Part shown: one piece after another, positions 56,104 to 64,000 of the stretch
Layout: each line of letters begins with the position of its first letter
How positions within the stretch are numbered: the first letter of the stretch is position 1
Program-made: the position numbers and the translations under genes
Assembly: GCA_021823345.1 (NCBI GenBank)
Contig: JAKAOF010000004.1
Location: forward strand, 15,055 to 79,054
Length of the DNA stretch: 64,000 nucleotides
Origin: Thermoplasmata archaeon
GTDB lineage: Archaea; Thermoplasmatota; Thermoplasmata; Lutacidiplasmatales; UBA184
Reading direction: 5' to 3'
Notes under the pieces: generated by a model
Database searches by the model: none
What the model saw: the letters and a program-made list of their open reading frames with translations, nothing else
What the model was told of the DNA's origin: nothing

Positions 56104-57306
56104 TTGAACATGGATTTTAGTTTCTCCGAGGACGAGGCGAGCATCCAGGCGACGGTCCGGCGCTTTGGGGATGAGTTCCTGCGCCCCCGGGAGCGGAAGA
56201 TCGACGAAGGCGACCAGGTCCCTCGGGAAGTCGCCGTAGAGATGGGCCGGATCGGGGTCCTCGCGATGCCCGTCCCTGAGAAGTACGGGGGGATGGGAGC
56301 GTCGGCCTCCCAGACGGAGCTCGTGGCCGAAGAGATCGGGCGGGCGGACACTTCCATGGCGACCGCCGTGTTCTTCCTGCTCGAGGCCGGGTGGGGATAC
56401 TTGCTCTCGAAGTACGGGACCGAGGAGGCGAAGCAGGAAGTGCTTCCTCCCGTCACCCGGGGGGATCACTTCCTCGGTATCGCGAGCACCGAGCCCAGTG
56501 GTGGAAGCGACATCGCCAACATCCACACCCAGTCCTGGCGGGAGGGGAACGAGTTCGTCATCCGCGGCGAGAAGGCCTTCATCTCCGGCGCCATCGAAGC
56601 TCGGGAGTGGGGCGGTGGCCATCTCACGATCACCCGGCAGAAGGACGGGCCGGGGTACAATCTCCTCTATGTGCCCACCCGAACGGCCGGGGTCGAGGTC
56701 ACCCGGTTCAAGAACATGGGTAGGACGGGGATCTCGACCGGGGGGATCCACTACGACGACGTCCGTGTTCCCGCAAAGTATCTCCTTGGAAAGGAAGGCG
56801 GAGGATTCCCTCTGTGCCTTCAGGGATTCACGGTGGCCAGGGATTTCGTCGCCGCGGCGTGTGTCGGAGCGGCGGACCGCGCGCTCGAGATCGGGAAGGA
56901 ATACATCAAGGTGCGATCCGTCTTCGGCAAGCCGCTCGGCCAGTACGAGGGGATCCAGTTCGAATTGGCCGACCTTCATGCCCTGCTGGAGGCGGTCCGC
57001 TGGCAGTGCCGACGCGCAGCCTGGCTCATCGACCAGCGGATCTTCTCCGGGAAGACCTCTCACGACTCCGAGGTCGACCTGGCGGTCGCGGCGGTGAAGC
57101 TCAAGGCGCCGGAGCTCGCCTTCGACGCGTTCAAGAAGGTGATGATGTGGCACGGCGCTTCGGGCTACACGAAGGAAGTGGGGCTCGAGATGGGGCTCCG
57201 CGGCGTGACGAGCTACCTCGTCGGGGCCGAGGGGGGCCTCAACGTCATGCGGATCATCATGGGACGCGAGCTCCTCGGGAAGGAGTTCCTTCCTTATCGC
57301 TCCTAG
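56104..57306 (+). CDS. Acyl-CoA dehydrogenase
   Basis: 400 aa. MNMDFSFSEDEASIQATVRRFGDEFLRP ... GIASTEPSGGSDIANI ... EGIQFELADL ... ACAD-family colinearity. Confidence 0.85.
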   Translation: MNMDFSFSEDEASIQATVRRFGDEFLRPRERKIDEGDQVPREVAVEMGRIGVLAMPVPEKYGGMGASASQTELVAEEIGRADTSMATAVFFLLEAGWGYLLSKYGTEEAKQEVLPPVTRGDHFLGIASTEPSGGSDIANIHTQSWREGNEFVIRGEKAFISGAIEAREWGGGHLTITRQKDGPGYNLLYVPTRTAGVEVTRFKNMGRTGISTGGIHYDDVRVPAKYLLGKEGGGFPLCLQGFTVARDFVAAACVGAADRALEIGKEYIKVRSVFGKPLGQYEGIQFELADLHALLEAVRWQCRRAAWLIDQRIFSGKTSHDSEVDLAVAAVKLKAPELAFDAFKKVMMWHGASGYTKEVGLEMGLRGVTSYLVGAEGGLNVMRIIMGRELLGKEFLPYRS

Positions 57307-57464
57307 ACGCGTTCCGCCGGGGGAGAGCGACTTTTGACCTCGCCGGGAGGTGCCTTCCTCGGCCCCTTCGGTGGGAAGATCGGGGAACGGTGCATCGTCG
57401 CCTCCGACGACGGACCGCAAGCCACTTTACCTCGAGTGGTCTCCGCCCCCTAAGAGGTGCTGGG

Positions 57465-57710
57465 ATGGCGATCGCGTTCGTGCTCATCAACACGAAGCCA
57501 CTGGAGGAGCACAAGGTCTACCGGGCACTCCTGGCGATCCCCGGCATCGAGTACGCGGAGAACCTCATCGGAGATTACGACATCATCCTCAAGGTCGAGC
57601 TCGGGGACTTTCAGGCGATCGAACGGGTCGTGGCGGAACAGGTGAAGACCACCCCGGGAGTGCTGGAGGCAAAGACGCTCCAGTGTTTCGATCACTTGGC
57701 GGTGGGCTGA
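57465..57710 (+). CDS. Stand-alone Lrp/AsnC-type ligand-binding (RAM) domain protein, 81 aa
   Basis: MAIAFVLINTKPLEEHKVYRALLAIPGIEYAENLIGDYDIILKVELGDFQAIERVVAEQVKTTPGVLEAKT. The 298-aa ORF 56814..57710 is rejected because its upstream part is the alternate frame of the ACAD gene. Confidence 0.6.
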   Translation: MAIAFVLINTKPLEEHKVYRALLAIPGIEYAENLIGDYDIILKVELGDFQAIERVVAEQVKTTPGVLEAKTLQCFDHLAVG

Positions 57711-57866
57711 CGGCCTTCCCGCGCAATTCCTCCGGGAGGATCCCGGGGAAGTGATCGAGGGTGCGGACCGGTCATCGTCCTACCTATCGCCCGTCGCGGC
57801 TCGCGCGGCCCCAGTTTGGCGCGAGCAAAATGTTATAGCCATCTCAGGAAACAGGTTGAACCTTGA

Positions 57867-59033
57867 GTGTCCCGAAAAGGCCGCGCGCCCCCCGCATCCG
57901 CAGACGGTGCTAAGCGGGGAATCCTTTTTCTGGAGGACGGCTCGATCTTCGAGGGCCAGGGGATCGGGGCCTCCACGACCACGGCCGGAGAAGTGGTCTT
58001 CACCACCGGGATGGCGGGGTATCCCGAATCCATCACGGACCCTTCGTATCGCGGGCAGATCCTGCTGTTCACCTACCCCCTGATCGGGAACTATGGGGTT
58101 CCCGCCATCGATGGGAAGGACGCCTGGGGATTGCCCATCGGGCTGGAGTCCCGAGAGGTACAGCCCCGGGCCGTACTGATCCGTTCGGAGACCTCCCCGC
58201 ACCACTGGCAGTCCGCCCTCTCCCTCGGCGATTGGCTCCGCAAGGCGGGGGTCCCGGGGATCTCCGGGATCGATACCCGTCGACTGACCGGGGTCCTCCG
58301 GAGCGGCGGGGTCCAACGGGGCCTCGTGGCCGTCGGACGGTCGTTGCCCTCCAAGGAAGAACTTCGGAAGGCGCTGGGCCGGGCCCCGAGTTACACGGAG
58401 GAGGAACTCGTGCGCGAGGTGGCCCCGCCGCGTCCCATCTGGATCAAGAGTGGAAAGAGCCACGCCCCGGCCGTGGCGGTGCTCGACTGCGGGTGCAAGG
58501 CGAGCATCTTCCGTTCGATCCTCCAGCGAGGGGTCGATGTGCTGCGGCTGCCGCCGGGAGTAGAGTTCCCCGAACGGTACGATGGCCGCCCGATCCGCGG
58601 GTATCTCTTGGGCAACGGCCCCGGGGACCCCACCCTCCTCCACGACGCGATCGAGTCGATCCGTTCCCGCCCGAAGCAACGGCCGCTGCTCGGGATCTGC
58701 CTCGGGCACCAGCTCCTGGCCTTGTCCGAGGGAGCCACCACGTACAAGATGAAGTTCGGCCACCGGGGCCAGAACAAGCCCGTCCTCTTCAACGAGCCGA
58801 AGGACCGCGGGTACATCCTTTCCGAGAACCACGGCTTCGCCGTGGACCCGGCCTCGCTCAAGGGGACCGGGCTCGTCCCCTGGGCCCTCGATCCCGATGA
58901 CGGGACCCTGGAGGGACTGCGTCGGACGGACGGCCGGGTGATGTGCGTGCAAGGGCACCCCGAAGGTTCCCCAGGCCCCAAGGAGGCCGGGTTCGTCTTT
59001 GACGAGTTCCTGCGGAGGGTGAAGTCCGCATGA
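57867..59033 (+). CDS. carA: Carbamoyl-phosphate synthase small (glutaminase) subunit
   Basis: ILFLEDGSIFEGQGIGA ... class-I GATase triad region GICLGHQLL ... HGF. Start may be an alternative codon nearer KRGILFLEDG. Stop overlaps the carB ATG. Confidence 0.9.
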   Translation: MSRKGRAPPASADGAKRGILFLEDGSIFEGQGIGASTTTAGEVVFTTGMAGYPESITDPSYRGQILLFTYPLIGNYGVPAIDGKDAWGLPIGLESREVQPRAVLIRSETSPHHWQSALSLGDWLRKAGVPGISGIDTRRLTGVLRSGGVQRGLVAVGRSLPSKEELRKALGRAPSYTEEELVREVAPPRPIWIKSGKSHAPAVAVLDCGCKASIFRSILQRGVDVLRLPPGVEFPERYDGRPIRGYLLGNGPGDPTLLHDAIESIRSRPKQRPLLGICLGHQLLALSEGATTYKMKFGHRGQNKPVLFNEPKDRGYILSENHGFAVDPASLKGTGLVPWALDPDDGTLEGLRRTDGRVMCVQGHPEGSPGPKEAGFVFDEFLRRVKSA

Positions 59034-62000
59034 GGACCGAGAATCCCCGGAAGGTCGCGGTGCTGGGAAGCGGCGCCCTTAAGATCGGGGAGGCCGGAGA
59101 GTTCGACTACTCGGGCAGCCAGTCGCTGAACGCGCTGACCGAGGAACACATCCCCTTCCTGGTGGTGAACCCGAACATCGCCACCCTGCAGACCGACACG
59201 CACGATGGGCGCAAGGTCTTCTTTGTCCCGGTGACCCCCGAGTTCGTCGAACCGATCCTCGAAAGCGAGGGGGTGGACGGGCTCTTCCTTTCCTTCGGCG
59301 GACAGAGTGCGCTCAACTGCGGCGTGGCGCTCGACGATCGCGGCATCCTCAAGCGGTTGGGGATCCAGGTGCTGGGGACCCCGGTCGATGCCATCCGCCA
59401 CACCGAGGACCGGAAGCTGTTTGCGGAGCTCATGGAGCGGTGCGGCGTCCCGGTCCTCAAGAGCCACGCGGTGTATTCCGTGGAGGAAGCGAGGGCCACC
59501 GCGAAGGAACTGGGATATCCCCTGATCTCCCGGGTCGCCTACACGCTGGGAGGCAAGGGAGGAGGGATCGTACGGACCCCCGATGACCTCGAAAGCGTCT
59601 GCGGGCGAGGACTGCGGATCAGCCCGGTGCACCAGATCCTGCTCGAGCGGTACGTGGGCCAGTTCAAGCAGATCGAGTACGAGGTGATCCGGGACCGGGG
59701 AGGCGATTCCCTCACCGTGTGCAACATGGAGAACGTGCTCAGCATGCGGGTCCACACGGGGGACAACATCGTGGTGGCCCCGTCCCAGACCCTCACCGAC
59801 ACGGAGTACCAGATGCTCCGCGCGGCGGCGCTCCGGGCGGTGGCCGGGGCGGGCATTGTCGGTGAGTGCAACATCCAGTTCGCCCTCGACCCCGAGAGCG
59901 AGGAGTACTTCGCCATCGAGATCAACGCGCGGCTCTCCCGGTCGAGCGCGCTCGCCAGCAAGGCGACCGGCTATCCAATTGCGTACGTGGCGGCAAAGCT
60001 CGCGCTGGGTTACCGCCTTTCGGAGCTCAAGAACCGGGTGACGGGGAAGACCACGGCCTTCTTCGAACCCGCGCTCGACTACGTGGTGGTCAAGCACCCG
60101 CGATGGGACCTCGAGAAGTTCCCCCGCGCAGATCGCCAGCTGGGACCCACGATGAAGTCCGTCGGCGAATCGATGGGCGTGGGAGGCTCCTTCCGCGAGG
60201 CGCTCCTCAAGGCCCAGCGGATGGTGAACCCGACGACGGACGTGGTGGCCCCGGAGACGATCCGCCCCCGGGAGGAGATCCTGAACGATCTCCGGGCCCC
60301 CAAGCCCGACATCTTGCGGACCGTGATGGAGGCGTTCGCCGCCGGATTTTCCGAGGAGGCGGTCGCCCGGGAGACGTGGATCGACCCCTGGTTCGTCCGA
60401 GAGCTCGGCGACCTCCACCGGATCTCCGAACAGCTCGGACGGCGTCCGCTTTCGACCCTCTCGAAAGAGCGGATGTTGGAGGCCAAGCGGAGCGGACTCT
60501 CCGATGCCGGCATCGCCGGGATCATGGGCGAGAGCGAGGAGAAGGTCCGGCGCCGGAGAAAGGCCCTCGGTGTGGCCCCGGTGACCCGGATGATCGACAC
60601 CTTGGCGAACGAATGGCCCGCCCGGACCAACTACCTTTACCTGACGTACTGGGGGGATACCGACGACGTCCCGCCCATGGCCCACGGGAGCATCCTGGTC
60701 CTCGGGGCAGGACCGTACCGCATCGGCAGCTCGGTCGAGTTCGACTGGTCCACCATGAACCTGGTGGAGGCGTTGCGGGAGGAGGGGGTGTCGAGCGTGG
60801 CCGTGCTCAATTCCAACCCGGAGACCGTCTCGACGGACTATGACCGGTCGGACCGGCTGTACTTCGACGAGATCTCGCTCGAGCGGGTCCGGGACATCAT
60901 CGAGAAGGAGCGGTTCAAGGGACTGGTGACCTCGGTCGGGAGCCAGCTCGCCCAGAACCTGACCCCGCACCTGGCCCGCCACGGGGTCCGCATCCTCGGC
61001 ACGTCGAGCGCCTCGATCGAGGCGGCGGAGGACCGCACCGCCTTCTCCACCATCGTCGAGAAGGAGGGGATCCCGCAGCCGCCGTGGAGGACGTTCTCCC
61101 GGCTCGAGGACGCCCGGGCCTTCGCCCAAGAGGTGGGCTACCCCGTACTGGTCCGCCCCTCCTTTGTCCTGAGCGGTCGGGCGATGCGGGTCATTCCGGG
61201 GGAAGCGGACCTCGAGCGTTTCCTGCGGGAGGCGGCCGAGGTCTCTCGAGAGCACCCCGTCGTGCTGAGCAAGTTCATCGAAGGGGCCATGGAGATCGAT
61301 CTCGACGCCGTCTCCGACGGGCACCGGACGCTCGTGGCCGGGATCCTCGAGCATGTGGAGAACGCGGGAGTGCATTCGGGGGATGCCATCATGGTCCTAC
61401 CGCCCCGTCTCACCCCGCATCATGTCCAGGAGAAGCTCATCGAGATCGCACGGCGGCTCGGACGCAAGCTCCGGGTCCGGGGGCCGTTCAACCTCCAGTT
61501 CCTGGTCCGCGGGGAGGAGGCCTTCGTGATCGAGATGAACCTGCGGGCCTCCCGTTCCCTCCCCTTTGCGACCAAGGCGAGCGGCTATCCCCTCCACCGA
61601 GAGGTGGCGCGGGCCATCCTGGGGAAGCCGTTGAGCCGGGACGGGATGGTGCTCCCCCCGTTCGGGCGTTGGGGGGTCAAGGCTCCCCAGTTCTCCTTCT
61701 TCCAGGTCGACCGGGCCGACCCGCTGCTCGGGGTCGAGATGCAATCCACCGGAGAGGTGGCCTGCTTTGGACCGACCTTCGCCGACGCCTTCGTCAAGGC
61801 CATGGTGGCCACCGGGGTCAAGGTGGTGCGCGAGGGAGGGGAAGTGTTCCTCTCCGTCGGTGGACCGGAGCTCAAGGAGCGGATCTTACCGGGAGCCATC
61901 GCCATGGAACGGCTCGGTTTCCGGATCTCGGCGACGGAGGACACGGCGGAGTTCCTGCGCGCGCGGGGGGTTCGGGCGGTCCGCACCCTCTACAAGCTCA

Positions 62001-62464
62001 TGGAACCCGAGCGCCAGCCGAACCTCAAGGATGCGCTGGCGGCGGGAGAGATCGACCTCGTGGTCAATGTCGCTTCCTCCTTCACCCAAGAGAAGCTCGA
62101 GCGCATGCTCGAGGACGATTACACGCTCCGGAGGATGTCCGTGGAGCTCGCTCTCCCCCTGTTCACGAGCGTGGAGACCTTCCTCGCCTACGTCGAGGGG
62201 CTCTCCTGGTTGCGAGAGCACCCCGTGAGCACGGAAGCGCTCGGACTCGCCTCGCGGACCCGTTCACTGAACCAACCAAGGAGCGTGGCCCTGAGGACCA
62301 CCGCCTCGACGGTGCGGGAAAGAACCGCGGCCCGTCCGGGGAGTCCCGGGGCGGATTCGGAGAAGGGAACGTCGCAGGCCACGTCCATGAGCACGAGCCC
62401 TTCCGGAGGGGCGAGCGGGACGGAGAGCGCCCGCGCACCGTCCAACGCCTCCCGCACGGATTGA
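59030..62464 (+). CDS. carB: Carbamoyl-phosphate synthase large subunit (with an unusual roughly 90-aa low-complexity C-terminal extension)
   Basis: Two ATP-grasp halves (KVAVLGSGALKIGEAGEFDYSG ... ; ILVLGAGPYRIGSSVEFD ...) and an MGS-like domain (VFLSVGGPELKER ...). The frame stays open to 62464 and overlaps convergent truA by 277 nt. Confidence 0.9.
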   Translation: MRTENPRKVAVLGSGALKIGEAGEFDYSGSQSLNALTEEHIPFLVVNPNIATLQTDTHDGRKVFFVPVTPEFVEPILESEGVDGLFLSFGGQSALNCGVALDDRGILKRLGIQVLGTPVDAIRHTEDRKLFAELMERCGVPVLKSHAVYSVEEARATAKELGYPLISRVAYTLGGKGGGIVRTPDDLESVCGRGLRISPVHQILLERYVGQFKQIEYEVIRDRGGDSLTVCNMENVLSMRVHTGDNIVVAPSQTLTDTEYQMLRAAALRAVAGAGIVGECNIQFALDPESEEYFAIEINARLSRSSALASKATGYPIAYVAAKLALGYRLSELKNRVTGKTTAFFEPALDYVVVKHPRWDLEKFPRADRQLGPTMKSVGESMGVGGSFREALLKAQRMVNPTTDVVAPETIRPREEILNDLRAPKPDILRTVMEAFAAGFSEEAVARETWIDPWFVRELGDLHRISEQLGRRPLSTLSKERMLEAKRSGLSDAGIAGIMGESEEKVRRRRKALGVAPVTRMIDTLANEWPARTNYLYLTYWGDTDDVPPMAHGSILVLGAGPYRIGSSVEFDWSTMNLVEALREEGVSSVAVLNSNPETVSTDYDRSDRLYFDEISLERVRDIIEKERFKGLVTSVGSQLAQNLTPHLARHGVRILGTSSASIEAAEDRTAFSTIVEKEGIPQPPWRTFSRLEDARAFAQEVGYPVLVRPSFVLSGRAMRVIPGEADLERFLREAAEVSREHPVVLSKFIEGAMEIDLDAVSDGHRTLVAGILEHVENAGVHSGDAIMVLPPRLTPHHVQEKLIEIARRLGRKLRVRGPFNLQFLVRGEEAFVIEMNLRASRSLPFATKASGYPLHREVARAILGKPLSRDGMVLPPFGRWGVKAPQFSFFQVDRADPLLGVEMQSTGEVACFGPTFADAFVKAMVATGVKVVREGGEVFLSVGGPELKERILPGAIAMERLGFRISATEDTAEFLRARGVRAVRTLYKLMEPERQPNLKDALAAGEIDLVVNVASSFTQEKLERMLEDDYTLRRMSVELALPLFTSVETFLAYVEGLSWLREHPVSTEALGLASRTRSLNQPRSVALRTTASTVRERTAARPGSPGADSEKGTSQATSMSTSPSGGASGTESARAPSNASRTD

Positions 62465-63108
62465 CGGGAGAGCCGGCCCTTCGAAACGAGTTCGGCCGCG
62501 GCGACCATCTTGCGTACCTGTCCCCACAGGAAGGAGGGGGCCACGATGTCGATCTGGACGAAGCCGGCGAGGGCCCGGGTGCGGATCCGGGTGACCGTAC
62601 GACGAGTCTCCCGCGGAGGGGAGTCTCGTCGGGAGAACGAGGTGAAGTCGTGCCGCCCCACGAACTCCTGGAGGGTCTCCCCCAAGGCGGCGACGTCCTC
62701 CGTTCCCTCCGTCCGGGGAAGCAAGTAGCGATACCAGCGCTCCCGCGTCACGATCGGGTTGAAGTCCGGGGGAACGGCAGCCCAACCGAAGCAGAATATC
62801 CGCGGGTCGAGCGAGTTGAGTATTCGCGCAAGCCGGGCGCCGTCGACGTGGGGTTCCTCCAAGGTGATGACATTGCCGAGGGCGTGCACTCCGCGGTCCG
62901 TCCGGCTGGCCACGGGGATCCGGTGCCCGCGGGTGAAGACCCGGCGACGATGGAGCTCGTCCAGGATCACCCCCTCCACCGTGGGCTTTCCCGGCTGTCG
63001 AGCGAACCCGTAGAGCCCCTCGCTCAGGTAACCGATCTTGAATGCCCAGGTGCGATGCGAGCGGTCCTCGATAGGATCCCCGGAGTTCCGAGGCCGAGCG
63101 TCCCCCAT
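62188..63108 (-). CDS. truA: tRNA pseudouridine(38-40) synthase TruA
   Basis: WAFKIGYLSEGLYGFARQPGKPTVEG ... ASRTDRGVHALGNVITL (catalytic Asp motif) ... RYLLP. Confidence 0.8.
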   Translation of the reverse strand: MGDARPRNSGDPIEDRSHRTWAFKIGYLSEGLYGFARQPGKPTVEGVILDELHRRRVFTRGHRIPVASRTDRGVHALGNVITLEEPHVDGARLARILNSLDPRIFCFGWAAVPPDFNPIVTRERWYRYLLPRTEGTEDVAALGETLQEFVGRHDFTSFSRRDSPPRETRRTVTRIRTRALAGFVQIDIVAPSFLWGQVRKMVAAAELVSKGRLSRQSVREALDGARALSVPLAPPEGLVLMDVACDVPFSESAPGLPGRAAVLSRTVEAVVLRATLLGWFSERVREASPSASVLTGCSRNQESPST

Positions 63109-63119
63109 GCGGGAGCGAC

Positions 63120-63791
63120 CTAGATCGGGAGCTTGGTGATCGTGTACTCGGGGACCATGGTCGAGGTGTCCTCGACACCGCCCACCTTGGCCACCTTGTC
63201 GATGATGAAATCGAGCACGCTGCGCTTGCTGGCGCCTTCCCGCGGCGGGAACTCCATCATCACCAAGAGGTCCCAGTCGCCGGTGATGACGTGGACCTCC
63301 TTGACCTCGGGGAAGGCGAGGAGGGCACGTCGTACCCGGTCGATGTCGTTCGTCCGCACCTTGAGGTAACTGAAGGAGCGTTGGAAGGTCGGCTCGGCCG
63401 GCATGGCGTCGGCGAGCTTCTCGTGCGTGAAGGCTTCCGATCCCTCGAGGCGGGCGGGAGTACCGGGCACCATGAGGACCGGGAAGCGCTCCACTCCCCG
63501 CACGTGCTGCTCGAGCATCTGCGTGAGCGGATTCGACTTTCCGAGGTCCGTGAGCTTGATGGCGTAGCCGCGCTTTGCGGCGACTTCCTCCGCAAGGGCG
63601 ACCGCGCGGGCCTGCTCGTCGGAGAGCATGAACTCCACTTGGGCGTCCCCGGAGTTGGGGGAAGAGGTTGCAACCCCCGCCGTGTCGGCGGGGGCTGCCA
63701 TCTGGTTGCCTTGCGGGCGATAGAACGAGGTCACGACCTTACGGCTCTTGACGTAGAGGTGAGCCTCGGGGGGGGACTTGTTCTCGTGCAT
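63120..63791 (-). CDS. Protein with a C-terminal Lrp/AsnC-type RAM domain (atypical N-terminal domain, no obvious HTH)
   Basis: C-terminal LLAFPEVKEVHVITGDWDLLVMMEF matches the RAM fold. N-terminal half FMLSDEQARAVALAEEVAAKRGYAIKLTDLGKS is not a canonical Lrp HTH. Start uncertain. Confidence 0.5.
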   Translation of the reverse strand: MHENKSPPEAHLYVKSRKVVTSFYRPQGNQMAAPADTAGVATSSPNSGDAQVEFMLSDEQARAVALAEEVAAKRGYAIKLTDLGKSNPLTQMLEQHVRGVERFPVLMVPGTPARLEGSEAFTHEKLADAMPAEPTFQRSFSYLKVRTNDIDRVRRALLAFPEVKEVHVITGDWDLLVMMEFPPREGASKRSVLDFIIDKVAKVGGVEDTSTMVPEYTITKLPI

Positions 63792-63837
63792 CGTCCGTTA
63801 CGCTCCCAGTTCGGTCGGTTCGTTCCGAAGATCGGAC

Positions 63838-63999
63838 CTAGAACCGGCGTGGGCGGTCGCGGCCGCGGTCGTCGCCGCCTCGGCCATATCCACCACCGCC
63901 GCCGCCGCCACCGAAGTTGCGGCGCTCGGACATGAATTCCTGCTGGCTCATGTCGACACTCGAGTTCACGGTGTCGATCGGAGTGGGCGAGGGGTTCAT
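63838..63999 (-). CDS. Possible small Arg/Gly-rich (RGG-box-like) protein at the window edge, 53 aa or longer
   Basis: My own translation gives MNPSPTPIDTVNSSVDMSQQEFMSERRNFGGGGGGGGYGRGGDDRGRDRPRRF*. The ATG is at 63999..63997 and the gene may start beyond the window. Confidence 0.25.
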   Translation of the reverse strand: MNPSPTPIDTVNSSVDMSQQEFMSERRNFGGGGGGGGYGRGGDDRGRDRPRRF

Positions 64000-64000
64000 G

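Noticed and set aside
56814-57710. 298-aa + strand ORF spanning the acyl-CoA dehydrogenase 3' end and the RAM-domain gene
   Set aside because: The upstream part is the alternate frame of the ACAD gene. Only the terminal 81 codons from ATG 57465 form a compact Lrp/AsnC RAM domain.
59866-60843. 325-aa + strand alternate-frame ORF and several minus-strand ORFs inside carB
   Set aside because: carB is unambiguous from its duplicated ATP-grasp and MGS domains. The embedded ORFs are R/G/P-rich artefacts.
1-64000. CRISPR arrays, rRNA and tRNA genes, transposases and integrases
   Set aside because: I found no direct repeats of 25-40 nt with regular spacing, no T-loop/acceptor-stem signatures and no transposase or integrase-like ORFs by eye. 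The pilus locus duplication is divergent paralogy, not a recent repeat.

Overview
The window is a high-GC (roughly 65-70%) chromosomal segment that I infer to be archaeal. The evidence is a type II archaeal GAPDH, an RNA polymerase subunit P zinc ribbon, a stand-alone AlaX editing protein, short class-III (prepilin-like) signal peptides with TadE-like N-termini, dense N-glycosylation sequons on the secreted proteins, and leaderless starts behind TATA boxes. The proteins are K/R-rich rather than acidic, so the organism is probably not a halophile.

The first ~46 kb is a cell-surface accessory island. It holds two paralogous Tad/Epd-like type IV pilus loci with the same gene order: TadE-like pilins, a secreted C-terminally anchored protein, a novel Cys-rich protein, a zinc-ribbon-fused FlaI/TadA-like ATPase and a FlaJ/TadC-like membrane protein. 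Locus 1 is cut by the left edge of the window. Between them sit two giant paralogous surface proteins (about 1540 and 1570 aa), each next to a small prepilin-like paralog, two PKD-domain secreted proteins, and a 1342-aa secreted enzyme combining SLT lytic-transglycosylase, CHAP-peptidase and PKD motifs, which is unexpected in an archaeon. A thiolase and several surface-anchored proteins complete the island.

The last ~26 kb is housekeeping: SerB-like HAD phosphatase, valS, GNAT, rpoP, a ChlD-like vWA operon, an OB-fold protein, an ArsB/NhaD permease, archaeal gap, alaX, acyl-CoA dehydrogenase, RAM-domain proteins, carA-carB and truA. I found no rRNA, tRNA or CRISPR array. Many long ORFs in the track are antisense or alternative-frame artefacts of the GC content. 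Coordinates come from the ORF track plus in-frame offsets, so starts may be off by a few nucleotides.
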